From: Eledone cirrhosa
Lineage: Eukaryota
DNA length: 64,000 nucleotides
NCBI GenBank assembly: GCA_964016885.1
Contig: OZ024743.1
Span: 261,640,001-261,704,000, forward strand
Reading direction: 5' to 3'
A model generated the notes under the pieces. The model was not told where the DNA came from. It saw only the letters and a program-made list of their open reading frames with translations, and ran no database searches. The position numbers and the translations under genes were made by a program. Of this stretch, positions 37,840 to 52,461 are shown in pieces; position 1 is the stretch's first letter, and every line of letters starts with the position of its first letter.

Positions 37840-38470
37840 TGTGGTGATGATAGGGTAGTAGTGGTAGTAATGATGGTGTTGTAATGACAATGGTGGTGGT
37901 GTTGTAATAATGGAGGTGTTGTTAGTGTAATGACAGTGGTGGTGGTCTTGTAATGATAGTGGTGATGGTGTTGGTGGTGTATTGTTAGTGGTGAGAGGGG
38001 TGTTAGTGACGGTGTTGTTGGTGGTGGTGATAATGGTGTTGGTGTTGTTGTTGGTGTTGTTGTTTGTGGTGGTGATGGTGTTGATGATGGTGGTAGTGGT
38101 GATGATGATGGTATGATGATGTTGGTAGTGGTGATGATATGATGTTATTGTTGCTGATGATGATAATGTTGGTGGTGGAGAGGAGGTTGTTGTTGGTATA
38201 ATAATTATGGTATGTGGGTGGTGATGTTTTAATTGTTCTTGTACAATCATCACCATACCACCATCACAACTATTAGCATATCACTAATATGGTTACTACA
38301 ATACCACCCCCACTGTCACTATCACCACCACTACTACCACTACAATTATCACCACCAACAATATCATCAGCACCATACCGACATATTGCTCACAACACAA
38401 CTATGAGCACAACAATCAGCACAGCCACTATCACAACCATTATAACTATATCCATACCACCACCATCACT
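37840..38470. repeat. Degenerate trinucleotide tracts, (GGT/GTT/GAT)n then (ACC/ATC)n
   Basis: Direct reading; strand composition switches near 38235. Confidence 0.85.
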
Positions 38471-38509
38471 ACAGGGTCGTCCAGTTCTTTGAAACTCTTC
38501 TTGGTGCAT

Positions 38510-40510
38510 CTATTCAATGAATCCACCATTAACATCAATGACAACTTCAATACAAACCCTGAAACATTGGCATGTCTGAATCAGATCATCTTTATCTATA
38601 TTGGACATTGTGTTGGTTATGGTAGATTTCAGAGATGTTATAGTGTTATGGAGGCATTGATGAAATTCCCTCACTACATAAGAGATGTAGCGGGATCTCA
38701 GGAAGCTTAATTAAGTATGTAGGCTTCACATGCAGCAGCTGTACTGGGACAGCAAGCAGCAAACAGCCACAGGAAACAAGTACCACCAATCTCTGGGAGG
38801 GCTCTGTAGAGACAGTAGACAGCTTCTGCTACCTAGGTGACCGAATTAGCAGCGGAGGTGGGTGTTCAGAAAGTACAATAACTAGGGTAAGAACGGGATG
38901 GAAGAAGTTAAGGGAACTACTGCCACTGCTAGATGCAAAAGGCTTCTCCCTCAAAGTGAAAGGCAGACTGTATGATGCGTGTATCCGAACAGCAATGTTA
39001 CATGGTAGTGAGACCTGGGCACTGAAGGTGGAAGACTTATGTAGATTAGAGCGAAACGAAGCCTGCATGCTCTGATGGATGTGTAATAGTAACATACACG
39101 AACGACAAAGCATAAATGAATTGAGAGAGAGACTGAGCATAAGAGGAATCAAATGCTGTGTGCAGGAGAGGTGGTTGCGTTGGTATGGACATGTGATGCG
39201 TATGAAGGATGACAGCTGCATAAAAAGGTGCAGAGCACTAGAAGTCGATGGAAACCGCGGAGTGGGGAGACCCAAGATGACCTGGAATGAGGTGATAAAA
39301 GCCGACCTTACCCAATTACACCTCTCAAAGGCAATGACACTTGACCGTGACCTCTGGCGTCACGCAGTAATACAGAGTACCCGACCTCCCATGGGTATAA
39401 GCTGAAGCATATAGACAATATGCCCCCACACCCTCCCACTGCAAGGTGGCCGTGGAGGTGCCACGGCAAAAAAGCACCCAGCCCACACTGTAAAGTGGAC
39501 GTGTAGGCGCCACGAAAAAGCACCCAGCACTCACTGTAAATGAGGTTGGTGTTAGGAAGGGCATCCAGCTGTAGAAATCAAGCCAAATCAGTTCCTGTAT
39601 GAGCAAGGCATGGTCAGCCGACCAGACACTGCCCACAACAGGACAACTCGTCTAACCCATGCTAGCGTGGAAGAACGGACGTAAAACGGTGATGATGATG
39701 ATGATGACATGTAGTAGTCCAACAGATTCAGGTCTAGAGAGCTAGGAGGTCATATGTTTGGGGTGATGTGATTGTGGAGATTGTATTTCACCCATTCTTG
39801 AGTTATCTTGACCTTATTAGACTCTGTAGCATCATGTTGGTAGGTGTATGGTCTTTCTTTGCTCATGGTAGCTATTCAAGGCCTCACAACCCTCTCCAAC
39901 ACCTCCTTGTAGTCAGCAGCATTGACCCTTAAGCCCCGAATAAAGAAATGACGAGGCACAGCATCTCCTGCATTGCTCATGACTTCCAGACCATTACTAC
40001 TGCTGGAAACTTTGTGTGCATGATTGTTGAAATGTCTTTAGAGTCTCTGCATAACCATCAAAGTTTTTCTCATCCAAAGCTTTCCAAGCTCTTGATGTTA
40101 CCAACTTTTTCAACAAGATCAGACAGTTATCTTTTGTTTTTGCAGACGTGAATTGGCCTCTCCGCATCACATGACCTGTATCAAAGGTCCTCATGCACAA
40201 TTCTTCTGATGCTGTGCCTTGAAACCTTGAGATCCTTAGCAATAGTGCTAATTGATATTCTGGGATTCTTGTTAATTTTCTGCACCTTTCGTACACATTT
40301 GGATGTTCTGATGGTATGAGTCGGCATTTTACATTTGGCTACTACTGTAGAGTCCCCATCAGTCGCTTCAAGCTCTTTGCAAACTTTGACAACAAACGAC
40401 TGTGTCACTTTCAGGAAGTGAGCAATCTCTAAATCACTATGCTCTGCCTTTAAGGTAACAATTACAGCATGCCTTTTCATTTGCTGAGTTAGTTTGATGT
40501 CTGTCATTTA
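38510..40510 (-). pseudogene. Old maT-like transposase remnant split by an RTE insertion
   Basis: C-terminus IEVVIDVNGGFIE* near 38513 (cf. ANGGFIE of the 29683 ORF); PPSSLDLNLLDYY near 39710-39750; HTH-like N-terminus ORF 40181-40507. Confidence 0.7.
38677..39707 (+). mobile_element. 5'-truncated RTE LINE, subfamily B
   Basis: HKRCSGISG..CSSC finger end, [21 protein letters not shown]; (GAT)n tail. Confidence 0.9.
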
Positions 40511-40677
40511 TCTGAAAAAGGTTAGAGCTGTTAAGAATTGAGCAACCTTATATTACTACCCTAAAACTAGAATTATTTTACTACCATAAAACTAGAATTA
40601 TTAAACAACTCCCCACTTACTAGTTCTTTTCTAAACTGCAGCTACTGAGTAATAAATATGGTTATAGCAAGTATATA

Positions 40678-40712
<35 letters not shown>

Positions 40713-40749
40713 TTGTTTAATGTCCATTCTCCATGCTAGCATGTATGAA

Positions 40750-41040
40750 TGGAAAAAAAAAAATGAGCTGAGAGAGAAACAGGACATAAGCGGGATCAGA
40801 TGCAGTGTGCAGGAGAGGAGATTGGGGTGGTATGGACAGCTATATAAAAAGGTGTAGGGCACTCAAAGTTGATAGAAGCTATGGAAGGGGAAGGCTTGGC
40901 ATGAATTGATAAAAGGTGTCCTTGCGCTGTTGCACCTCTCAAAGGCAGTGACACAAGATTGAGATCTCTGGCGTTATGCAGTACTACAGAAGACCCCCCC
41001 TTCCAATGTACACGGATTGAAGCAAATATCTAGTATGCAC
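40750..41040 (+). mobile_element. Degraded RTE C-terminal fragment
   Basis: GAGCTGAGAGAGAAACAGGACATAAGCGGGATCAGATGC... GATCTCTGGCGTTATGCAGTA aligns with the RTE ORF end. Confidence 0.6.
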
Positions 41041-41111
41041 CACACACGCCCCCCCTCCATACACCTCTTACTGTAGATAAACTGGGGGGAGCTCACTGTC
41101 TCATAGTTTCT

Positions 41112-41284
<173 letters not shown>

Positions 41285-41654
41285 ATATAAAAAACTAACT
41301 TTTCCACTAGTCTGTGCTTGTGTTGCCATGTATGTATGTAGGTAGGTAGTTAGACAGATATGTATGTATGCATGGAGATATATAGATATGTGTGTGTGTA
41401 GGTATGAATGTGTATGTATGCATGTGTGTATAAGTAAAGATATATATATGTATGTATATACGTTTGTAAAAAGATTTTACCTTAGATATCCCCCTCCACA
41501 CACACACTTTTGCTTTCGTTCCACACCCCTCTTTCTCCACCCCCTAGTTAATGTAATTCCCCTTTTTCTTCAGAACTTTGATATATCTTGTTTAAGGTGT
41601 TTGGGGCTTTTAGTTCTAATAACTGAAAAATAGTAAACAACACTACTACTACTA

Positions 41655-41820
41655 ATTATGGTTTCTTATTTAGGCACAAGGCTAATTTGGGGGAAGAGGA
41701 AAGTTGATTAAATCGACCTCAGTGCGTTACTGGTACTTTATTTTATCGACTCCTTAAGGATGTAAGGCAAAGCTAACCCCGGCGAGATTAGAACTCGTGG
41801 CATAAAGGTTGTAACTATAT
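41655..41820 (-). mobile_element. Meta-like tRNA SINE (other copies ~43420-43620, 48940-49070, 50585-50800, 62370-62525, 63460-63600)
   Basis: CTGGTACTTTATTTTATCGAC..GGATG.AAGGCAAAG motif shared with 7030-7160 and 51698-51910. Confidence 0.7.
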
Positions 41821-43378
41821 TCTCAAACATGGCGGGTACTTCCTTTTGCATCAGCTTTCTTTCTTCTTTCAATACTGTCTCAACAATGGTGCTACTCCAG
41901 AGCAGTGGAAAACTGCCAGTGTCATTCCCCTGTTCAAAAAGGGTGACCGCACATCACCTGTCAACTATCGTCCAGTCAGTCTTATTAGCTCTATTGCCAA
42001 ACTAATGGAATCCTGTGTCAGAGAAACACTTTGGAACTTCTGGAGCTCTCACAGCCTCATCCGGCCCTCGCAGTTTAGATTTATCCCTACCTCCAGCTGC
42101 TGTGATCAGCTTATCGAGTTCCTTGAAGACATTACCCAGATCACTGACAGCGGCTGATGGGTGGATGTTGTTTACCTTGACTTCGCTAAGGCTTTTAATT
42201 CTGTGCCACCCAAAAGACTTATGGTGAAACTCTCTGCAATGGGTGTGAGGGATGATCTTTTTAACTGGTTGAAATCCTTCAGCCGAAAAGAGGTAATCAT
42301 GGTTCTAGGACAGCATTCTTCACCATATGAGATGTCATCTGGTGTACCACAGGGATCTGTTCTTGGTCCCCTTTTGTTTGTGGCATATATTAATGACATA
42401 GATGTCAACTTAAAGAATGCCATGGTACTGAAATATGCAGATGACATCAAGCTGTACCTTGAAATCAAAAGGACTGATCCTGAAATCTACAACTCTTTCC
42501 TACAATCAGACCTGGACACAATGCAGCAATGGATCACAGACTGGCAACTGAAGCTGGCTGTGGACAAGTGTACCACCATGCATTTTGGGAGGAAAAATCC
42601 AGCGTCCACATACTCCCTCCACAACACTGATATCAAGAAGTCCTCTTGTGAACGTGCATTACTGTCAGCAGCGTTTTGCGTTGGACAAAGCAAGAAGGCC
42701 GAGGGTGTCTTGGCATCACTCAGCAAGACCTTTGTTAGCCGCTCTCCAGCCATCTATTTAAAGCTGTATACAGCTATGGTACGACCACACTTGGAATTCG
42801 CATCATCAGTCAGGAACCCCTATCTTGCTCAGAACATTGACCTCCTGGAAACTGTTCAGAGACGTGCAACCAAGCGCATACCCTCCATCAGACACCTACC
42901 ATACTCTGAACGCCTTGCTTCCCTGGGCATGGATTCATTGAAGCTCCGACGTCTGGCAATGGACTTGGTAAACACCCACAAAGTTATTAACCATCTCGCC
43001 AACAACAACCCTGAGCACCTTTTTGATCTCCATGTGTCTAACACACGTGGACATGCCTACAAAATCAGAAAACAGCACAGTTCCCATGACTTTCGGGAAC
43101 ATTTTTTCACGCTCAGAGTTGCTGAAGCATGGAACAAACTGCCTGCGTCAGTTGTTAGCTGCCGAGACACTGCATCCTTTAAAACCCTCATGCTTCCCGA
43201 AATTCGCCAAAACTACACCTGATGTACCCCTTCCATACACATGCACACGTGTATATCATGACTCGTGCACTGTTCATTTTCCTGACATTTGTACATTACC
43301 CTATGTACTATACATACACTTTTTGATGAGTTGTAATGCACCTGAGCACTGTACACAATATTTCATTATTATTATTAT
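41821..43378 (+). mobile_element. 5'-truncated CR1-like LINE (defective)
   Basis: PLFKKGDR..NYRPVSL, YLDFAKAF, SGVPQGSVLGPLLF, YADD, VRPHLEF, TRGH, FFTLRV..WNKLP; (ATT)n tail. Confidence 0.9.
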
Positions 43379-45227
43379 TTATATGACACAAAACATGTTT
43401 GACATTTTATTGAAACTGCCAATGATTTCTAATTTAGGCACACGGTCAAACATTTTGAGAGGGGGGAAAAAGTTGATTATATTGATCCCCAGTACCTCAC
43501 TGGTATTTTATTGACCTTGGAAGGATGAGAAGCGAAGTTGATCTTGGCAGGATTAGATCACAGAACATAGAAAGTTGTAACTAAGAGATTTGAACTCAGA
43601 ATGTAAAAATCCAGAATAAACAGCTTGTTCAGTGTTCTAATGATTCTGTCAATTATTTCTAACATTTTGAAGTGAATATATCTGATTATATTGATCAACA
43701 ATATAATTACTTAGTTTAGCATTCTGTCAATTTTGCTGCCTCAAACTTACAACAACTCCGCCACCATCACCACCAACAACAGCAACAACTTCATCACCAC
43801 CACTAACACCAACAACAGATTAAATAAACCTCAATACTGAACAAAGACATTGTAGAGTAATGAGCACTCTTTAGTTTTGCACTGAACAGGGCAACTTCAC
43901 TGGTGTAGGTGCCATGATAAAATGCAGCCAATACCAGTATACTCTATAAAATGGTTGGGGTTAAGAACAAGGTATCTGGCTATAGAAAAAAAATCAGTGT
44001 CTACATCAACACTAGATAAAATTAGAATGAAATATTGAAAATAGTATTAGTATATTTTGTATAAAACTTCTGACAAGATCATTTGTATTGTAACTCATAG
44101 GTCATATAGGACAGAGTGGAGTGGGAGTCTTTATTGTATTGAATTTAAATTTAATAAGAGACACCGAAAGTAAAATGGTGTCCATAATGTCGAATATCTT
44201 TTCTGTGATTGTGAAAGAATCCATGAGTAACCAACATTTAGGTTAGCTGAAGTTCATTATTAAATTTTTCTTGTTTGGAATGTGAAAGATTCCATAAAAA
44301 AAGTGGAAAGATGTAATAAGCAACTATAACAAGTGTTTTGAGGGCCATGGGCTCCCATGATATTTATTGTGGGGTCATTTTTGAAGAAATGTTTTACAGC
44401 TAGATGCCCTTCCTGGAACCAACACTTTTAATAATTTCTTATGACATTCAGGGATATGGTGTACCTATTTTACCCAGATGTACACATGTAGAAAGATTTA
44501 AAATACTCGAAATAATGATGATGATAAGGACAATGACGCTGATGACCACAACAGCCACAGTGCCTGGGGTTCAAAGCCACCTCTCCCCAATCATTAAAAA
44601 GCTGCCTAAAAGTCCGAGAGGTCTACATAGTGTGAATGTAGATGTTTTCAAGAAGTATCTTGACATTCTGATAATTCAGACCCCATATGAATCCACAGTA
44701 TGCAATGAAGTACAAATAAGGGCGGCAGCAACAACCTCCCTCTTACATCAATAGCCAACAAAGGAAGGCTGGATATAGAAATTATAGCTTCAATGGCGTA
44801 TCTTATGTATGTATGCGTATATGTGTGTTTGCATATATATATATGTATGGATATGTATGAATATGTAATGTATGTGTGTGTGTGTATATATGTGTATATA
44901 TATGTGTATGTATATTTGTATGTATGTATGTGTGTGTTTATATATATGTATACACACAACTGGTCTGCCCCTCCTCATAACTGTGCTATCCAGTCCCACT
45001 CTGTAAATGTGGTTGGTGTTAGGAAGGGCATCCAGCTGTAAAGTTCCTAGCCAATTTTGCAGTCCCATCAGAGCAAGGTATGTTGTGGCCAATTCTGGCC
45101 AGATTTGTCTCTTGATGTGGATGACTCGTCTAACCCATGCAAGCATGGAAAATGGATGCTAAACGGTGATGATGATGAGTATATTTATATATGTGTGTAT
45201 ATATATATGTGTATGTATGTATGTATG

Positions 45228-45311
<84 letters not shown>

Positions 45312-45475
45312 TACAGAAACGCATCAGGTGACATTGTCTTGCGTTTCTATGGCTGGATGCCCTTCCTAACAGCAACCATATTTAGTGACTGTTGGGTGCT
45401 TTTTTTGTTGTGACACCTACATGACCATTTTACAGTGTGGGCTGGGTGTAATGTGGTTGTGTATGTATGTATATC

Positions 45476-45507
<32 letters not shown>

Positions 45508-46619
45508 CATATGTATATATCCAACCCTTGCTAGCAGGGAAAGCAGACAGTTAAATGATGATGATATATGTATATTTATATATGTGTATGTATATATGTG
45601 TATGTATATATACTTATATATGTTGAATTACCAACAAATTAAATATCCCTTTGCTTATATATATATATATGCATGCAGACACACAAATATATATACTGTG
45701 TGTCTGTGTATCTCAAGTACATTTGTTCTGGTGAATATGTTAGAAAGTACAGAAAAGCATCAAATATACCGAAGTTGAGCTCTAGTGTCAGTCTTGATAG
45801 AAACAGCTTCATAGTAAAGCAAGTAAATAGAAGAAAGAAAAATAATGGTTGAGTGTATAAAGGGAAGCATCTAAAAATAACACTTGCATACACACTTGTG
45901 TGTATTTACATATTGTGCTTACATGTTTGTGAATATGTATGTGTGTTTATATATGTGTTCACATATGTATGCATAGGTTTATTTATATATATATATATAT
46001 AACAGCTCTTTTCACAATATGTTGTGCGTGCCTGTGTATTTGTTTGTATGTGCGTATTTATGTAATGTAATGTATGTGTGTGTGTGTTTGTGTATATATA
46101 TTTTTTTCTTCAAGTCTCCTACACTATATGCTGTGTGTGTATTTGTGTATACTGTTATATAATATTCCTGTGTATATATATATATAATATTCCTGTATGT
46201 GTGTGTGTGTAATATATTATGTAAGAAACCTGGAGCAAAGTCAACATTCACTGTTTTTTTATGGCCAGTATTCCTCCCTCACTTTCCTGTTATTGGGAGA
46301 TTCCTATCCTTCTCTATCTTCATCATTAATCTTAGTAGTAACAGTAGTGATGGTAGTAGTAGTTGTGATGATGCTAGTAGTTGTTGTAGTAATAGTAGTA
46401 CTGCTACTGTTGTTTACAACACAGTAGAGGAAACTATTGTTTAACTTTTTATTTAATCTCCGACTGTTGTTGTCCTGTGAACTGTTGTCCTGTTAACTCA
46501 CTGTTCATCTATCTATGTGTTTAAAGCCATTCTTGCCATGACCATCTCATTGTTTATTCCAGGTATAGCTTATCTCGGACATTAGGTAGTGTGGTCTTTA
46601 AGATAGAATTTTGGCTGCT

Positions 46620-46940
46620 ATCATCATCATCATCTTTTAATGTCCATCTTCCACGCTTGCATGGGTTTGGACGGGAATTTTCCCACTTGAGGCAAGATTG
46701 GTTGTCTTGCTCGTATTGGACTGTCTGGCGGGTTTTCTACGGCTGGATGCCCTTCCTAACACCAACCACGTTTACAGTGTGGACTGGGAGGTTTTTACCG
46801 TGTTACCTACATGGCCACATTACAGTGTGGACTGTGTTTTTTTTTGTTGTGACACCTACACGACCTCATTTATTTCGGATGTTGTGGTACCAACATAACT
46901 TTACATCAAAAGGGGTGGTGTGGATGGGGTGGGGGTAGTG
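46620..46940 (-). mobile_element. RTE subfamily A 3' UTR-only insertion
   Basis: (CAT)n tail then reverse complement of ~6700-7010. Confidence 0.85.
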
Positions 46941-47299
46941 ATGTAGCAGATTGACCAGTCAGATAAAGGCTTCCTCCTTGGACCTGTACATTGCATTACC
47001 CTTACCTCCTCTTCTCCATCCACCTCCTCCTCTTCCGCCTCCCTACTATCGCTTCCTCCTTTTGACCCCCCCCCTCTCTATTTCTTACTTTCTCTAACTT
47101 CAGTGGTGTTAGACATGTTAAATTCTCAATCATGCCTAAATATACTCTACTAGATTAGTGAATTGTTGAGTACTCTCTTTTCTTTTATTTTCTTTCTTTG
47201 TTTGTCTAAACCATACTCAGATACTATTACCTGGGTCTATGTTTATGTATACATACATGTATACACATACACATATGTGTGTGTATGTATGTATGTATG

Positions 47300-47342
<43 letters not shown>

Positions 47343-47809
47343 CATTCATTAAATGTATAGAAATTATAAACAGTAGTACCTGTGACTATATGTACATCCA
47401 CCCTCATGTGTACACACATACACACATGTAAATGTACTGCTTGGATTTATGTGTATCTTACTCCTGGCATGTATTTAAGCATTCAAATTTACTATATTCC
47501 CCTAGTACAGCACTCTGAAACTATTTTTTACTCCCTTTCTAAGACAGTTATTATATATAAAGTTGTTGGCATTAAGAAGGGTATCCAGTTGTAGAAACCA
47601 AGCCAAAACAAAGCATATGAACAGGACCTAGTTCCCCGACTGGGCTGGCCTCAATATGTGACAGATGTCTAAACCATTCAAGTATGGAAAATAGATGTTA
47701 AACAGTGGTGATGACGATATAAAGCCACCTTTATTCTTTTTGATCATTTTATATACTAGCGACTTGTGATTTTAACTAAATAACTGATTATTTCAACAGG
47801 GGCTGATGA

Positions 47810-48330
47810 GATGAAAATCACCATAACATTTAGATATCCCATTGCTTACCTGCGATCCCACTACATCTCTTGTGTGTCCATAATTTACATTGTGTGCACC
47901 CTATGGAATTTCTGTTTACCGCTTTCTGACACATCGAATAAGGCAACTTTCCTGGTGGTATCACCTTCCTGTCTTCTTTCCTACTTATTAAGACGTTTGT
48001 CTTTGCTAAGTTTACTTTTAGGCCCCTCAGCTCTAAGTTCTTCTACTATGCTTGAAATTTTACTTCTAACTCTCCTACAGACTCAGCTATGAGGACTCGG
48101 TCGTCAGCACATAGGAGCTCCCATGGAGTGCCAGTTTAAACTTCTCAGTGGTGATCTGAAGGACAATGATAGACAGGAGTTTACTTGATCATATTGATCC
48201 CTGTACTTATAATGAATATCTCTATTAAACCATTGAGCTATGTGACATAAAGGGATACAAACAGGGATAAAATCGTTTTTTATGGCAATAAACATAAGCT
48301 TGGAAAGATACACACACATATGCACGTATA
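47810..48330 (-). pseudogene. Old RTE RT remnant
   Basis: Minus strand CCATGGGAGCTCCTATGTGCTGACGAC = PWELLCADD; AAGAGATGTAGTGGGATC finger region. Confidence 0.6.
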
Positions 48331-49448
48331 TAATATTCGCTGTATCTTTATTATTTCTATATTTAAACTATATGTAATTTGCTTAGAGCCCGACAGCAAA
48401 TATACCGATTCTGGAAATCATAAGGAGTAAAGACAAGAAAGACACATGCATGTGGTAAAGCAGTATCTACTTCCTATTAAACTCCATGTGGCAAACACAT
48501 TTATTTAATCAGTATCTATAACATAGGGTAGTGAAGACTGTTTAGTTTTGTGGAGAACAAGACAGCCTCTCCACTGCTGGTGCCTTGATAGAATACACTC
48601 GGTATAGTCTGTGAAGGGGTTGGTGTTAGGAAGGGCACCCAGTTGTAGAAACCATACCAAAAATGGAATGTTAAGACTGAGATATGTAGGTGCAGACAAA
48701 GCCACGTGGTTAAGAAGTTTGTTTTGCAATGTTGTTCAATTTTTGATCTGGCTGCATAGCACCTTGGCCAGGTTTTTTTTTTTTTCATAGTCCTCGGTTG
48801 ACCAATGTTCTTAACTGGAATTTCTTAGAAACTGTGTTGATACCCACTAGATGAACTGTTTAGTTTACTCTTTTGTGATGGATTCCACTATGGAAGGTGA
48901 CAATGAACCACCTCTGTATTGTGTTAAAGTAAATCTGACTAATATTATATTGCTCCTGGGAGGGTGGAAAGCAAAGTTAAACTCAGTGTGATTTGAACTC
49001 AAGAATGTACAGAGCCTTAACTAAATACCACAAACATTTTCTCTGCTACTATACCAATTCTGCCAATTCATATATATAGTCGTGTGTGTGTGTGTGCCAA
49101 ATGTTGATTTTCTCTGCAAGCCATGTGTGAAAATGATGATGGCAAATGTGTGTTTGTATGTTTGTAATATGTTAGAGAATTAGGAGTTGGCTCATTTAAA
49201 GATTATAAATATCTTCTGTTCTCTGTGAAGACTAGATAGGTAGAAATAAGTGTTGGTACACAACATTTCTATGTCTTTCCAACTGTTTGCCTCTCAATCT
49301 CACTACATTATCTCTTCCCCCCCTGCTCTCTCTCTCTCTCTCTTTCTCTCCCTCTCTCTGCTACTGTTTCTCACTCAGTCTGTGTGATTGGTGCCTTGTT
49401 TCAAGGTGTCTGCTTGTATATGTGTATGTCTGCCTGTCTGTCTTTATA

Positions 49449-49487
<39 letters not shown>

Positions 49488-50280
49488 GACTAATTCTACC
49501 CCCCCCCCCCCCCCCCAACTATCAGATCTGAGCTGGTCCTAGTCACAGAGAGGAAGAGGAAAAAAAAAGAAAATAAGACTACTGCAGTGTTTAATGTCTG
49601 TCTAACTTAGTATAGATAAGAGTTGAAGAACTGAAGCTGAATCAAGGGCGGTGGAGGTGGGGACATCCCCAGTCCCATTAATTATGCCCTCTCTCCCTTC
49701 TGGCCTTTTTTCTTCCTCTTCTCCCACTAATCTTTCCCATTTCAATATATCAGGTAATTCCAGCATAACAAACACAAGAGAAAGGTGTTGAGGGGTGCAC
49801 TGGAGAGGGGGTAGCACCCTTTTACAAACAGGATACTACAGCTAAGTTGTAAAAATAGTTCGTAAAATAAAATAAAATATATAAAACAATACAAAAAATA
49901 ACTAAATAAAATAAAATAATAAAACTTTAAACTCTTTTGATACCACTCCACCCAAAACCAACCTTTGTTTTTATGACCCAAAACCACCTATTTTCCTACA
50001 CAATTTTATAAGAAACATATGTTGTCACCATCTTAATGAAATAATTAATAATTTTAGTAAATCCTTCCACATTTTTCTTTAATTGAAATAGTGTATTTGC
50101 CATGTACCCCAGTTTTTGTGCCTGTTTCAGTAGTGATGTCTGTTGGTGTTTTGTCCTAATAAATAAAGATCTTAAGAATTATGCCAGAGGATCTGTAGGA
50201 AGATGATAAACATCTGGTAAAGTAAAAGCCCTACAAATGTGGAAAGAATTTTTTCATGGAGGATAGGCACATATGGAGAT

Positions 50281-50507
50281 GATTTGGATCAGGTATTACA
50301 GTCTTGTGGTCACTTTTTTCTTGTCTGAACGACTTGGATCAAGAGTAACACTCTTGTAGTCACTTCTTCCTTGTCTAGAAGACTTGGATCAGGGGTAATA
50401 CTCTTGTGGTCACTTCTTTCTGAGGTACTTGGATCAGGTGTAACAGTCTTGTAATCACTTCTTCCTTGTCTGAAGGACTTGGATCAGGGGTAGTATTCTT
50501 GTGGTCA
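50281..50507 (+). repeat. ~47-bp minisatellite, about 5 copies
   Basis: GACTTGGATCAGG.GTAACA.TCTTGTGGTCACTTCTTCCTTGTCTGAA repeated, one shortened unit. Confidence 0.85.
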
Positions 50508-51485
50508 TGCTGCTACTAATTACTATTCTAAAGCCATATTTTTCCAGGCTGTCAAGGATTTTGTATTTATTATTAGAGTACCAAGCTGGCAAATTTACAT
50601 AGAATGCCTTACTGTATTTATTCTAGATACTTGTTTTGAGTTCAAATCCCACCAATGTCAACTTTACCTTTCATACTTCTGGGATTGATAAAATAAAGAA
50701 CCAGTTCAAGGTAGTGGAATGGCAGAATGTTAGAGTGCTGGCTGTGATACTTTGCCGTATTTGTTTCAACTATTTGTGTTTTGAGTTCAAATCCTACTGT
50801 AGTCCCACTGAGCAGTAGATTTAATCCATCACCCAGTTTAACACCTCCACCTGACTCCTGGGTGCCTTTAGGAGTCTGCTTTGTTGTAAGTATTCAGACC
50901 AGCTCTCTGGTTTGAGGATACTTTTCTCCCTCCCTCACTCTCGCTCAGAAGTCTTGGAGGCCCTGTCATTCCTTCTGACTAAGTGATAAATACAATATGT
51001 ATATGGAGTCATATCCATATATAGTCCCACTTTAAAATTAGGCCCTATGGTTAGACTAAAGGGCTTTTTTTTTGCAGCTTGGAATGAGGATAACTACCCA
51101 GGGATCACTTATTTCTCCTCATGGATTTTGTACTCAGAATTTAATAATGATAGTGTTGATGATGATTTCTTTGATTAAATTGATTAAACATCTGGCAAAA
51201 TGTTTAGGTTGCAGGTGTTAGTTATTTAAACTAAGTAATGGTGATTTCTTCTGAGGTACCTGACAAAATTTCTAGGTTGAAGGAGTTAGTTATGTAACTC
51301 TTTTGATACCAACCTGGCCTAAATCAGCTCTGGTTCTTTGAAACAAAACTGCCTATTTTAAAAGGATCATATTTAAATTAAAATCTTCCAGCATAATTTT
51401 ATATAAGAACCATATGTTGAGTTACTATCTTAATAATGAAATGATTAATAATTTTAGTAAATCTGTCAAAATTCATAATTAATTA

Positions 51486-52133
51486 CCGTATATGCCGGCG
51501 TACAAGTTGATCTGGCACATAGGTCGACCCCTAAAAGGCAGTACCATCTCCATAGCCGTAGATGTGCTTGCCATTCTTTATTTGCATGAAATATAAAACA
51601 TGAAATAAACTCTGAGTAAACCAGCCTAGCTTAACTTTAACCTATGGTAACTTGCCCTATGAGCTACGGTAAGTCTTTGATATTATTATAATCTCTAGGG
51701 CAGCGGATTGGCAGTATCGATAGTTGGACACCATGCTTTGCAGCAGAGAGTTACGGTCCTTTACGGTCTGAGTTCAAATCCCACCCGAGGTTAACTTTGC
51801 CTTTCATCCTAACGGGGGTCGATAAAATAAAGTACCAGTAATGTACTGAAGTTGATTTAATCCCCCCCCCCCCCCAAATTACTGGCTTTGTGCCTAAATA
51901 AGAAATCATCATAATTTCTACGTTAAATAGACTTAACAAATATGAGATTCAGTAGGAAAGTGGTGGGCTGCTAGAGTTATGGTAAGTGGTGTAGAACGAG
52001 TGTTAGGCAGGCATTCACTGTTTACCCCTCAGTGGTAAAGCTTCAGATTTTATACTCGGCGGACAAGTCGACTCCTGATTTTGGAGAGATATTTTTAGGC
52101 AGTAAATCTTGACTTGTATGCCGACATGTATGG
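51486..52133. mobile_element. Tc2/pogo-like MITE
   Basis: TA-CCGTATATGCCGGCGTACAAGT ... ACTTGTATGCCGACATGTATGG-TA imperfect TIRs with TA TSD. Confidence 0.7.
51698..51910 (+). mobile_element. Near full-length Meta-like tRNA SINE nested in the MITE
   Basis: TGGCAGTATCG A-box-like, GAGTTCAAATC B box, GCCTTTCATCCT..GGTCGATAAAATAAAGTACCAG core. Confidence 0.75.
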
Positions 52134-52309
52134 TAATTGAAATACTGTGACAAAAGGGTTAAACTAAGTACAGAGTTTCTGTTTTGGAGTTGGGGTTCTG
52201 TACAGTAAGTTGTAGAAACAGTGAAATTGATGAGTGTTTCATTTGCTACCACTGCTGTGTTCAATTTTTACATATGTAAACACACATATACATACAAGAT
52301 GCTTAAGAT

Positions 52310-52426
52310 ATGAATATTCACAAATATACATATACACACATATATCCACGAATATACATACACACACATTCACAAATATACATACACACTCATTCACAAA
52401 TATGCATACAGATATTCATAAATATA

Positions 52427-52461
<35 letters not shown>

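Larger units (their letters stand above)
51298..52158. mobile_element. piggyBac-like MITE hosting nested insertions (related copies ~49930-50090 and 62558-62798)
   Basis: gTAA-CTCTTTTGATACC...CAAAAGGG-TTAA; the 62558 copy is flanked by TTAA on both sides. Confidence 0.55.

Noticed and set aside
49380-49620. Possible promoter (ATTGG box, CT tracts, C-run)
   Set aside because: Motifs too common and no downstream gene can be identified
50281-50507. CRISPR-like regularly spaced repeats
   Set aside because: Whole ~47-bp unit repeats with no unique spacers, no cas genes, eukaryotic context: a minisatellite
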